Positions 18,675 through 27,809 of a DNA stretch of 47,757 nucleotides are shown here, piece by piece. The translations under genes and the position numbers were made by a program. The stretch's first letter is position 1, and every line of letters starts with the position of its first letter. A model generated the notes under the pieces. That model ran no database searches. It saw only the letters and a program-made list of their open reading frames with translations, and was not told the DNA's origin. This stretch comes from Myxococcota bacterium. Lineage in GTDB: Bacteria; Myxococcota; XYA12-FULL-58-9; JALHOP01. The DNA is taken from contig JBGGMJ010000163.1 of NCBI GenBank assembly GCA_041288095.1, positions 1-47,757 of the forward strand, written 5' to 3'.

Positions 18675-19091
18675 GTGACCCAAGCAATTCAACAACGCAC
18701 CACCATCGCCGCGGGGCCGGTATCCCAAGAAGTCGCCGATTCCCTCTCGGCCCTTTTCGTCGACCTCTCGTTGACGCGCACGAGCGCCGGCTTTCGTAGC
18801 GTCGTCGATCAAATCGGCATCCTAGCCGCGCGACCCGACTGCCCCGAGGCTTCCAAGCTCGCGGCCCTCGAGTGCTTGAGGCGCGAGGAGCAAACGACGC
18901 GTGCGCAAGAGAGTGTCACACCGCTTCCCGGAGTCGTGGCGCAAATCGGTCTGTCCGGAAGTCCCGAGGTTCGCCGCAAAGCGGTCCAGATCGTCGGCGA
19001 GTGGGCCATCAGCTGGCGCCACTTCGGGCCGCACCTCGACGCCCTCAACGCGGCGCGCGCCCGTCTCTTGATGAACAGCACGCCTGCCTAA
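18675..19091 (+). CDS. Small helical (HEAT-like) hypothetical protein
   Basis: AAGGAG at 18661-66, then GTG at 18675 (alternative GTG at 18666); SPEVRRKAVQIVG helix. Confidence 0.55.
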   Translation: MTQAIQQRTTIAAGPVSQEVADSLSALFVDLSLTRTSAGFRSVVDQIGILAARPDCPEASKLAALECLRREEQTTRAQESVTPLPGVVAQIGLSGSPEVRRKAVQIVGEWAISWRHFGPHLDALNAARARLLMNSTPA

Positions 19092-19105
19092 GCCCTCGTC
19101 GGCTC

Positions 19106-20725
19106 TCAGTCGTGGATGCCCGGGGCCTCGTGCCCCGACGCGCGCACGTACTCGTCGTAAGTTCCCTGGTAGACCTTCACCTGGTCGCCGTCGAGCTCGA
19201 GCACCTTGTTCGCTAGAGCCGACAGGAATTTTCGATCGTGGGACACGAAGAGCATACTGCCCTCGAAGTCCTTGAGCGCCGTGACCAGCATCTCCTTGGT
19301 TGCGATGTCCAAGTGATTCGTCGGCTCGTCGAACACCAGGAAGTTTGGTGAGTCGTAGAGCAAGCGCGCCATGACGAGACGCACCTTCTCGCCGCCGGAG
19401 AGGTTGCGGGTGCGCTTGTCGATGTCGTCGCCGGAGAAGCCGAAGCACCCGGCGAGGGTACGCAACGAACCGACGGACGCGAGCGGGAACTTCGCGACCA
19501 GGGTTTCCCACACGGTCTGCTCGGGGCTGAGCAGCTCCATGGCGTGCTGGGCGAAGTAGCCGAGCTTGACGCTGGGCCCGAGCACTACCCTACCGGCATC
19601 GGCGTTGATCTCGCCCGAGACGATCTTGAGCAGGGTCGATTTGCCGGCGCCGTTCTGGCCCATCACGCACCAGCGCTCACCGCGGCGCAGCAGGAAGTCG
19701 AGACCGTCGTAGATGGTACGCGTGTCGTAGCGCTTCTCGATGTGATCGCAGCGGACCACCTCTTCCCCGAGGCGCGGCGAATGTCCGAACTCGAACTGCA
19801 GCGTCTTGCGCTTCTTCGGCGGCTCGAGCTTCTCGATCTTGTCGAGCTTCTTGACGCGTGATTGCACTTGAGCCGCTTTAGCGGCCTGCGCCTTGAAGCG
19901 CTCGATGAAGCGACGCTCCTTGGCGAGCATGGCTTCTTGTCGGGCGAACTGCGCCTCGGCTTGCGCCTCCATGATGGCGCGCTGTTGCATGTAAAAGTCG
20001 TAGTTGCCGCTGTAGGTGATCAGCTCGCCGCCGTCGATCTCGATGATCTTGCCAACGATCCGATTCATGAGCTCGCGGTCGTGCGAGGTCATGAGAACGG
20101 CGCCGGGGTACTCCTTCAAGAAGCGCTCGAGCCAGATGAGCGACTCGATGTCCAAGTGGTTGGAGGGCTCGTCGAGCAGCATGACGTCCGGTTTCATCAG
20201 CAGGATGCGGGCGAGCGCGACGCGCATCTTCCAACCGCCGGAGAGGAGTCCGACGTCGCGGTCCATGACCTCTTCGCGGAAGCCGAGACCGCTCAAGATC
20301 TCGCGCGCCTGGGATTCGAGGGCGTAGCCACCGAGCTCGTAGAAGCGGGCTTGCACGTCGCCGTAACGCTCGAGGGTCTTCTCGAGATCGGGATTCTCTG
20401 GGTCCGCCATCGCGGCCTCGAGCTTGTGCAGCTCGGAGGCGACCTCGGAGACCATGCCGGCACCACGCAGCACCGCCTCGACCACGGTCTCACCCGACAT
20501 CTCACCGACGTCCTGCGAGAAGTGCCCGATAGTGACGTCGCGGTCGATGGTGACCTGGCCACCATCCGGCTCCTCTTCGCGCACGATGAGGCGGAAGATC
20601 GTCGACTTGCCGGCGCCGTTGGGGCCGACGAGACCGATCTTTTCGCCCTTGTTGATGGCGGCTGAAGCTTCGGTAAGCAGGATCTGCTTGCCGTAGCGCT
20701 GGTCGATGTTGTCGAGACGAATCAC
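19106..20725 (-). CDS. ABC-F family ATP-binding protein (ribosome-associated)
   Basis: Two NBDs (GPNGAGKST/LSGGW/LLDEPSNHLD and GQNGAGKST/LSGGE/DEPTNHLD), inter-domain linker, no TM segments. Confidence 0.95.
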   Translation of the reverse strand: MIRLDNIDQRYGKQILLTEASAAINKGEKIGLVGPNGAGKSTIFRLIVREEEPDGGQVTIDRDVTIGHFSQDVGEMSGETVVEAVLRGAGMVSEVASELHKLEAAMADPENPDLEKTLERYGDVQARFYELGGYALESQAREILSGLGFREEVMDRDVGLLSGGWKMRVALARILLMKPDVMLLDEPSNHLDIESLIWLERFLKEYPGAVLMTSHDRELMNRIVGKIIEIDGGELITYSGNYDFYMQQRAIMEAQAEAQFARQEAMLAKERRFIERFKAQAAKAAQVQSRVKKLDKIEKLEPPKKRKTLQFEFGHSPRLGEEVVRCDHIEKRYDTRTIYDGLDFLLRRGERWCVMGQNGAGKSTLLKIVSGEINADAGRVVLGPSVKLGYFAQHAMELLSPEQTVWETLVAKFPLASVGSLRTLAGCFGFSGDDIDKRTRNLSGGEKVRLVMARLLYDSPNFLVFDEPTNHLDIATKEMLVTALKDFEGSMLFVSHDRKFLSALANKVLELDGDQVKVYQGTYDEYVRASGHEAPGIHD

Positions 20726-20741
20726 GGCCTGCGATTACAGC

Positions 20742-21047
20742 CTAACGCGCCTGCTTGCCAGCCTTGTGCTGTGCCGCGTGCGTCAGCTTGTCCATGGCGC
20801 TTGTAAGGGCCTTGGACATGTCGGCGTCTTCGCTGTTGACCGCGATGGCGGGCAGACCGGCGATGTGCGCCTCGATGGTCACGTGTTTGTCGACGCCGCC
20901 CTTGCCGCCGTTCTGATCGCGCAGGTGCACCGTGACGTTGGTGACGCGCTCGTCGAAGCCGCGCAGGGCGTGCTTGATATCGTCGCGAACGCGGGGCTCG
21001 AGGTCGTCCGTGGAACCGACATTCACCGCATGGATCTTGATGTTCAT
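20742..21047 (-). CDS. HPF/RaiA family ribosome-associated protein
   Basis: RVTNVTVHLRDQNGGKGGVDK motif; 101 aa. Confidence 0.85.
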   Translation of the reverse strand: MNIKIHAVNVGSTDDLEPRVRDDIKHALRGFDERVTNVTVHLRDQNGGKGGVDKHVTIEAHIAGLPAIAVNSEDADMSKALTSAMDKLTHAAQHKAGKQAR

Positions 21048-21067
21048 GTCGCCACCATAATCACGTT

Positions 21068-21841
21068 CTAGGCGAGCTGCACAGAGCGCCGTGAAAACGA
21101 CGAGAGCCAGAAACCATCGATGGGAAACGTCGGCGCGGTCTTGAGGTCACTGGCACCCACGGCGACCAAGAGCGGTACGAAGTGCTCGTGGGTCGGCAAT
21201 GCCGTGGTCACCCCGGGCGCCTTGGCCTTGTAGTCGAGCAGGGCGTCGACGTCGTTACGCGTGAGCGCGTCCGCGGTCCAAGCGTCCATCTCGGACGCCC
21301 AGGACGGCGTCGGCGCGGAGCCGGTCCAATCGGCGCGGCGCAGGTTGTGCGTGATGAAACCACTGCCGGCAATCAGAACACCCTCGTCGCGTAGTGGCTT
21401 GAGAGCGCGGCCGAAGGCGAAGAGCTCCTTGGGATCCTCGCTCGGGAGCGACACCTGCAACACCGGGATGTCGGCTTTCGGGTACATGGCTACGAGCGGT
21501 ACGTAGGCACCGTGATCGAGACCGCGGTCAGGCGCTTGGGCGACGGGCTGCTTTTCTCCCAGGAGCGCGGCGACACGTTTGGCCACGGCGGGCGCGCCGG
21601 GCGAAGCGTATTGTTGCCGGTAGTAGTGCTCGGGGAAGCCGTAGAAATCGTAGACGAGCGGCACGGTCCGGGTCGCGCCGATGGTGATGGGGCGCTCTTC
21701 CCAATGCGCTGACAGCATCAAAACCGCCGAAGGCCGCGGCATGGCGTCGGCCCACGTTTTGAGCTCGCCGACCCAGCTGGGCATGTCGAGGAGGGGCGGC
21801 GCACCATGAGCGATGAAGACGCTGGGCATACGAGGGGGCAT
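21068..21841 (-). CDS. DODA-type (YgiD/LigB-like) extradiol dioxygenase
   Basis: FIAHGAP, SAHW, YDFYGFP, GLDHGAYVPL, GSGFITHNL, PTHEHFVPL. Confidence 0.93.
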   Translation of the reverse strand: MPPRMPSVFIAHGAPPLLDMPSWVGELKTWADAMPRPSAVLMLSAHWEERPITIGATRTVPLVYDFYGFPEHYYRQQYASPGAPAVAKRVAALLGEKQPVAQAPDRGLDHGAYVPLVAMYPKADIPVLQVSLPSEDPKELFAFGRALKPLRDEGVLIAGSGFITHNLRRADWTGSAPTPSWASEMDAWTADALTRNDVDALLDYKAKAPGVTTALPTHEHFVPLLVAVGASDLKTAPTFPIDGFWLSSFSRRSVQLA

Positions 21842-21861
21842 GCGCCCTATAATAAGTCGCC
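21842..21861. promoter_or_regulatory. Bidirectional -10 element for two leaderless divergent mRNAs
   Basis: + strand TATAAT(21848-53)-8 nt-ATG(21862); - strand TATTAT(21854-49)-7 nt-ATG(21841); no SD on either side. Confidence 0.7.
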
Positions 21862-23244
21862 ATGGGTTCCTTCGACTACGACTTGTTCACAATCGGCGCC
21901 GGCTCGGGCGGCACTCGCGCGTCGCGGCTCGCGGCCACCAAGGGGGCGCGCGTCGGCCTCGCCGAGGAGAGCCGCATCGGCGGCACCTGCGTGGTGCGCG
22001 GCTGCATCCCCAAGAAGTTCCTCGTTTTCGGCGCCGAGTTCGCGCAGGCGTTCCGCGACGCCGCCGGCTACGGCTGGACCGTGGGCGCCACCAAATTCGA
22101 CTGGGCGACGCTCCGCGATAACGTAGCGCGCGACGTCACACGCTTGTCCGCCATCTACGAACGCAACCTGGTGAACGCCGGCGTCGAGGTCTTCGCCGAG
22201 CGTGCCCGTATCGTCGGCCCCAACGAGGTGCGGCTCGCTTCCGGCAAGACGGTCAGCGCTCAGACCATCCTCGTTGCCGCCGGCGGCCGCCCGCGCCGGC
22301 CCAACGAGCTAACGGGCTGCGAGCTTGCCTTGGTGTCCGACGACGCTTTCGTGCTCGACGAGCTACCGAAGCGCATGGTGATCGTCGGTGGCGGTTACAT
22401 CGCGGTCGAGTTTGCGAACATCTTCAACGCGCTAGGCGTCGACGTCTGCCTCGTATATCGCGGCCACACCGTGCTGCAGGGCTTCGATGACGACCTGCGC
22501 ATCCAGGTCCACAGCGACCTCGAGCGTCACGGTGTGCGCGTCTCGTCCAACACCATGCTGACCAGCATCGAGGAGAAGAGCGGCGGCTTCAGCCTGCGCA
22601 CGACGACCGGCGTCCAACTCACCGCCGACAAGGTGCTGGTCGCAATCGGTCGCGACCCGAACACCGAAGGCATCGGGCTCGGCGAGGTTGGTGTAAAGCT
22701 CGACAGCACGGGCGCCATCGAGGTCGATGCCTACTCACGCACCAACGTGCCGTCGATCTACGCCATCGGCGACGTCACCGATCGCTTGAACCTGACGCCG
22801 GTCGCCATCCGCGAGGCGCATGCCTTCGTGGAGACGGTCTTCGACAAGCGCCCGTGCGCCTTCGACCACGCCGACGTCCCCACCGCCGTCTTCTGCTCGC
22901 CGCCCGCGGCCGCCGTCGGCTTCAGTGAAGGTCAAGCTCGCAAGACCTTCGGCGCCGTCGACATCTACCGCACGAATTTCCGGCCGATGCGCAACGTCCT
23001 CGCCGGCAACGAGGACCGCACCTTCATGAAGCTCGTGGTGCGCGGCGACACCCACGAGGTGGTCGGTGTGCACATGGTCGGTGACGTCGCCGCCGAGATC
23101 GTGCAGCTGGCCGCTATCGCGGTCAAAGCGAAGCTCACGAAAGATCAGTGGGACGCAACCTGTGCCTTGCATCCGACGGTCGCCGAGGAGCTGGTGTTGA
23201 TGCGCGAGAAGTACGTCCCTCCCGAGCTCAACACTATGGGTTAG
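21862..23244 (+). CDS. gor: Glutathione-disulfide reductase
   Basis: IGAGSGG, GGTCVVRGCIPKK redox CxxxxC, GGGYIAVE, LTPVAIRE, HPTVAEE. Confidence 0.92.
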   Translation: MGSFDYDLFTIGAGSGGTRASRLAATKGARVGLAEESRIGGTCVVRGCIPKKFLVFGAEFAQAFRDAAGYGWTVGATKFDWATLRDNVARDVTRLSAIYERNLVNAGVEVFAERARIVGPNEVRLASGKTVSAQTILVAAGGRPRRPNELTGCELALVSDDAFVLDELPKRMVIVGGGYIAVEFANIFNALGVDVCLVYRGHTVLQGFDDDLRIQVHSDLERHGVRVSSNTMLTSIEEKSGGFSLRTTTGVQLTADKVLVAIGRDPNTEGIGLGEVGVKLDSTGAIEVDAYSRTNVPSIYAIGDVTDRLNLTPVAIREAHAFVETVFDKRPCAFDHADVPTAVFCSPPAAAVGFSEGQARKTFGAVDIYRTNFRPMRNVLAGNEDRTFMKLVVRGDTHEVVGVHMVGDVAAEIVQLAAIAVKAKLTKDQWDATCALHPTVAEELVLMREKYVPPELNTMG

Positions 23245-23313
23245 CGACATCGCCGCCCTTGCGAACTGCACCGCAGCCAGTACAACCTCCATGTCGTTAG
23301 CTCGGAGGGCTTC

Positions 23314-23754
23314 GTGATCTCAACGATTGGCGTCACCAAGGCGGGCACGGGCCTGGACGGCATTGCTTGGAACGTGGTCGGGCACACCTATCGGCCCGTG
23401 TTTCGCAGCAAGGATGCGTTCGTGTGGAGCGCCGTGATGCCTGCCGGCACCTTCGTGCCTCCGCACATCCACCCGCTTCAAGACGAATGGCTGACCTTGA
23501 TGAGCGGCGAGATGGACGTCGAGATCGGCGACGGCAAGTTGACCGCGACCACGGGTGACACGATTCGCTTGCCGCGCGGCATCGCACACGGGCTGTTCAA
23601 CCGTTCAGGCGGCGAAACGACCGCGGTTTTTGGGGTCGCGCCGACGGGGAAATTGTTCGACCTCTTTGCCGCGCTACATGGGGTAAGCGACCCTCAGGAG
23701 CTCGTGAGCCTTTCGGCTGCGCACGACGTTCAGTTTTTGCCGCCGAAGCCATAG
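23314..23754 (+). CDS. Cupin domain protein
   Basis: PPHIHPLQDE..G and GD...PRGIAH motifs; GGAGG SD. Confidence 0.88.
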   Translation: MISTIGVTKAGTGLDGIAWNVVGHTYRPVFRSKDAFVWSAVMPAGTFVPPHIHPLQDEWLTLMSGEMDVEIGDGKLTATTGDTIRLPRGIAHGLFNRSGGETTAVFGVAPTGKLFDLFAALHGVSDPQELVSLSAAHDVQFLPPKP

Positions 23755-23765
23755 AGTGCGTCGCG

Positions 23766-24200
23766 ATGGCGACCGACTATTCGACGAAGTTTCGTCTCAC
23801 ACTGGCGGTAGCGCCCTGGATCCACGAGCTTCGTTTCAACGATTGCGTCGTCGCCACACCCGAGGACGCGGACGCTTTCGCGCGGGCACTGCAAGAACGC
23901 TACGAGACCTTCGAACGCCTCCTGGATGTCGTGCTTTGCCTCGACGGTCTCGACATCAAGTCAGGCGCTCGGGCGCGATTCGGGGTCCATCGCGCGGACC
24001 TCGTGCGCACATACTTTCGCTACTCGACTCGCTATAGCGGTGCTCCGTTGACGCGTGTGTTCATCGCCACGAGCGCGGTCTTACAAAACGTCGAGGGGGT
24101 CATTTACCCGTCGCGCGACGAGGCCATCGCCGCACTCATCGCCAATCGTCAGCGCGACGGTACGCCGGAGCTCCCGCCGCCGCGCAAGCAGCCGGCATAG
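23766..24200 (+). CDS. Hypothetical small alpha/beta protein (STAS/SEC14-like pattern)
   Basis: Coding-like ORF; VVLCLDGL and YPSRDEAIAAL patterns. Confidence 0.55.
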   Translation: MATDYSTKFRLTLAVAPWIHELRFNDCVVATPEDADAFARALQERYETFERLLDVVLCLDGLDIKSGARARFGVHRADLVRTYFRYSTRYSGAPLTRVFIATSAVLQNVEGVIYPSRDEAIAALIANRQRDGTPELPPPRKQPA

Positions 24201-24229
24201 GCTGCTACACCATGCTCCGCCGCACGGCC

Positions 24230-27200
24230 CTACTTCTGCTTGATGAGGAACTCGACACGCCGGTTCGCGGCGCGCGCCTCCTTCGAGGTGCCGGGCTCGA
24301 GCGGCTTGCTCTCGCCATAGCCCATGGCCGCGAGCCGCGCGCCGTCGACACCCTGCTTGACGAGATGAGCGACGACCGCCGCTGAGCGTTTTTGCGAGAG
24401 CACGAGGTTCTTCTCGTCGCTGCCGACGTCGTCGGTGTGACCGCCCACCTCGACCAGCTCGATCTCCGGGTGCACCTTGAGGACGGCGGCGATGTTGTTG
24501 AGCAAGGTGTAGCTGCGCTTGTCGATGATCGACTTGCCGGTGCGGAAGCGCACCGTTTCGGTGATCACCAGGCGGTCGCTCTCGATACGCACCTTCTGTG
24601 CCTCGGGACAGCCCTGGAAGTCCGGCAGGCCCGGGACATCGGGGCAGTTGTCGATGGCGTCAGGGACACCGTCGCCATCGCGGTCGATGATCACTGGCGC
24701 GGCCACGGGCTCGGGCGGCGGTGGCGGCGCGTCGGGGCAGCCGTCTTCGTCTTCGAATTGGTTGAAAACCTCGGGGGCGTCCGGGCACTGGTCGCGGTCG
24801 TCGAGGATCCCGTCGCCATCGCGGTCGGTGACCGGCGGCGGCGGTGGCGGCTCGGGCTGGGGCTCCGGCGGCTTCTCTTTCACCGGCGCGTAACGCAAGC
24901 CGCCCACGAGACGCCAGTCGGGCGTACCGTAACCATTGCCGACACCAACGCCGACGGCGGCGAAGAGGATGAAGTCCGAGGGCAAGAAGAACGAGAGGAT
25001 GCCGTCCACTTCAGCGGGCGTCTGATTGCGGTTCTGAAAGGGGTCTGATGCGCGCGTCGCGATCGAGCCACTGACGCCGAGCTCGGCGACGGGCCCCAAT
25101 ACCACCGCCATACCGAGCTTGCCGTAGAGCTCGTTGCCAACCGACAGGTCGAGCGATTCGCGATTGGGGCGCGTGGCGTAGCCCAGGTTCATGGCGATGC
25201 GGAAGGCGTCGATACGGCGCGACAACAGCAGCTCGGGTTGGAACGATACACCGTCCGACCCGCGGTAAGCGTCGCTGCCGCCGGTGGGGAAGGTGACGCC
25301 GGCGATGACCGCGATGTCGATGCCCGCGGTCTCCTGACCGACGAGCCCGATCTTGGGCACCAGGCGAAGGTCGCCGAGACCCGCGCTCGAGAGATCCGAA
25401 AGCGTCGCGTTCTGTACGCTATCGCGGCTCTGGTGGAGAATGACGGGCAGATCGATACCGAGCTGCAGGTGGTCCCACAACGCGATGGCGAAGACGAAGT
25501 TGCCGGAGACACGCGTGCCGATGAGCGAACCAACGCGCGTACGCGAGCCGTCGGCGTTCTGAACCTCGAGGACCAGCGGATCGTTCTCGACGCCCACCAT
25601 GAGACCGAGATCCCACGTGAGATGCTCGGGAATGTGACCGTACTCGACGTCGAGGATGCCGTTGCGGTCGATCGACATGCGCATGCGCTCGGCGGCGAAG
25701 CCTCGATTCTCTTGCGCCTGGGCCGACGTCGCGAAGAGCGACAGACCAACGACGAGGAACCATCCGCGAAAGCGGCGGAAGCGAGGAGCTACGGCAAGCA
25801 TCATGAGCACCACCATTGGAGACCACGGAGTCGTCGGGCCACCTTGGCAGCCGCCACCGATGACCTCGTAATTGTCGGGAATGCCGTCACCATCGGCGTC
25901 GACGAGGCCAGGCTCTTCGTCGACTGGGTCGAGCGGGTCAACAGGGCTCGGTGGCGGTGGTGGCACATCGTCGTCCGCGTCCAAGGGGTTCGTGCCCTCG
26001 GAGACCTCGGTGCCATCCGGCTTGCCGCCGCCGTCGGTGTCGGCGTCGAGCGGGTCGGTGCCGATCGCGTCCTCGACGCCGTCATCGAGGTCGTCGGCGT
26101 CACTGTCCGGGTCGTTGGGATCGGTCTCGCCCGGATCGACCACACCATCGTGGTCGACGTCTTCCTCGCCGTCCTCGAGGCCATCGTCGTCGGTGTCCGC
26201 GTCGTTCGGGTCGGTGCCGCCGATCGTTTCGACATGGTCAGGGATGCCGTCGCCGTCGCTGTCTTCGTCGCCGTCCGCGATGCCGTCCCCGTCGGTGTCG
26301 GCGTTGTTCGGATCGGTGCCGCCGTCGATCTCGTCGTCGTAGGGGATGCCGTCCTGGTCGTTGTCGTTGAAGAGCGTTTGGCCCTCGCCGACCAAGCTGT
26401 AGTCGTCCTCGTCTTCACCGTTGGTGGGAAAGAGCGCGACGGGATTGTTCCAATTGTCGACGACTCCGCGGAAGGGGTCATCGGTGTACTCGATGGCGCG
26501 GCTCGCGCCGATGCTCGGGTGCGTGGTGGTGCTGGCGGTGATGATGCCTTGCAACCGTTGCTCGCCGGTGGCGATCAAGCGCGCGCGGAAGACGATGTGG
26601 AAGGTGTGGCCCGGAGGCAGGCGGCCGAGCGTGACCTCGTTGCCGGCGACGGTTGCACCCGGTGGAACACTGGTAAAGCCGAGACCAGCGCCGGTGAGCG
26701 TGACGCCGCCCGGTGGATTGACGTCGAAGGTCACCGACTCGGCGGCCATCTGACCGTCATTGCGGACACGAACGAGCACCTCCATGATGTCGTCGTTCTG
26801 CATCGAGCCGCCGTCGATGTCGGTGACCGTCTGCAAGCCGACGAGGTCCGCGACCACGAGGTTCGGCGCGGTGAGAATGTCGTAGTCGGTGGTGCTGAAC
26901 ACCGTGCCCTCGGGCGCGCTCGACAGCTCGAGGCCCCACGAGCCGACGTCGCCGTAGGAAACGAGCTCGATGGGGAAGAGACCGCCCGCCGCCGGGAACT
27001 CGACCGACAGGAACGGGCCGGTCGTGAAGGCGCGGTTACCGTCCACTTCGGCGGTGAACAACGCGGTACCGTCGAACACGCGCAGGCGCACGCCGTCGAC
27101 GCTGCCGACCGCGAACGTGTAGTGCGTGCCCGGGACCGTCGCCGGTGGCACGACGATGTATCCCGAGAAGGCGCAAACCCAGGTATCGCGGTCGTCGCTC

Positions 27201-27736
27201 CACACGTCTTGCAAGGCGGTGCCACCGGCGAAAGCACCGTCCGCGTCGCCCGTGCCGTCTCCGTAATCCAAAGGCACGTAGCTCACGTACGAATGCAGGG
27301 CGTTGGGCGTCGTGGTCGCGAAAGCGGACTCGGCTTGGGCGAGGTTGGCGATGTTCGCGACGCTGTTGACGTCGACGAAGGTGGCAAGCAAGCCGCCGCC
27401 AAAGGTCGCGGTGCTGCCGTCGTCGGCGCCGGCCTTGGGATCGGTGTGGCGAACCAAGACTTCGATGCCGTCGCTGACGCCGCCATCATCGCTATCGGCG
27501 TCCATGGGATCGGTCCCGTGCGTTTTGACCTCGCGGCCGTCGGTGAGCCCGTCACCGTCGCTGTCGGGGTTGGTCGGCGAGGTGCCGTTGGTCGTCTCGT
27601 CGGCGTCCGAGAGCCCGTCGCGGTCGGTATCGACGATCGGCGCGGCGGTGGCCGGAGCCGGGGTCGAGAGCAGGCCTACGGCGAGGGCCAGCGTGAAGAA
27701 GACACGCGGGAGGTGAACGGGGGGGTAGTTCTGCAC
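24230..27736 (-). CDS. Large surface/outer-membrane protein: Asp-rich Ca-binding repeats, PA14-like domain, DUF11-like domain, internal MYXO-CTERM, TraB-like beta-barrel, TSP3 repeats, OmpA C-terminal domain
   Basis: Signal peptide; DxDGDGLxD..E repeats; FSGYI..YTFAVGSVDGVRL (PA14); GGGC plus TM plus RRFR; GLGDLRLVPK and GYGTPDWR barrel motifs; DRDGDG..D.CP; GHTD..N..LSQKRS and NRRVEF. Confidence 0.9.
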   Translation of the reverse strand: MQNYPPVHLPRVFFTLALAVGLLSTPAPATAAPIVDTDRDGLSDADETTNGTSPTNPDSDGDGLTDGREVKTHGTDPMDADSDDGGVSDGIEVLVRHTDPKAGADDGSTATFGGGLLATFVDVNSVANIANLAQAESAFATTTPNALHSYVSYVPLDYGDGTGDADGAFAGGTALQDVWSDDRDTWVCAFSGYIVVPPATVPGTHYTFAVGSVDGVRLRVFDGTALFTAEVDGNRAFTTGPFLSVEFPAAGGLFPIELVSYGDVGSWGLELSSAPEGTVFSTTDYDILTAPNLVVADLVGLQTVTDIDGGSMQNDDIMEVLVRVRNDGQMAAESVTFDVNPPGGVTLTGAGLGFTSVPPGATVAGNEVTLGRLPPGHTFHIVFRARLIATGEQRLQGIITASTTTHPSIGASRAIEYTDDPFRGVVDNWNNPVALFPTNGEDEDDYSLVGEGQTLFNDNDQDGIPYDDEIDGGTDPNNADTDGDGIADGDEDSDGDGIPDHVETIGGTDPNDADTDDDGLEDGEEDVDHDGVVDPGETDPNDPDSDADDLDDGVEDAIGTDPLDADTDGGGKPDGTEVSEGTNPLDADDDVPPPPPSPVDPLDPVDEEPGLVDADGDGIPDNYEVIGGGCQGGPTTPWSPMVVLMMLAVAPRFRRFRGWFLVVGLSLFATSAQAQENRGFAAERMRMSIDRNGILDVEYGHIPEHLTWDLGLMVGVENDPLVLEVQNADGSRTRVGSLIGTRVSGNFVFAIALWDHLQLGIDLPVILHQSRDSVQNATLSDLSSAGLGDLRLVPKIGLVGQETAGIDIAVIAGVTFPTGGSDAYRGSDGVSFQPELLLSRRIDAFRIAMNLGYATRPNRESLDLSVGNELYGKLGMAVVLGPVAELGVSGSIATRASDPFQNRNQTPAEVDGILSFFLPSDFILFAAVGVGVGNGYGTPDWRLVGGLRYAPVKEKPPEPQPEPPPPPPVTDRDGDGILDDRDQCPDAPEVFNQFEDEDGCPDAPPPPPEPVAAPVIIDRDGDGVPDAIDNCPDVPGLPDFQGCPEAQKVRIESDRLVITETVRFRTGKSIIDKRSYTLLNNIAAVLKVHPEIELVEVGGHTDDVGSDEKNLVLSQKRSAAVVAHLVKQGVDGARLAAMGYGESKPLEPGTSKEARAANRRVEFLIKQK

Positions 27737-27809
27737 GCGGGACGTATCGGGCTGAAAGTCCTAGGCGTTGCTCGGGTTTTCGGACCTGCGGGCACCCGCG
27801 CAAGACCCT

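Noticed and set aside
25880..26370. Repetitive GTCGTC/GCCGTC DNA
   Set aside because: Explained by coding DxDxDG calcium-binding repeats.
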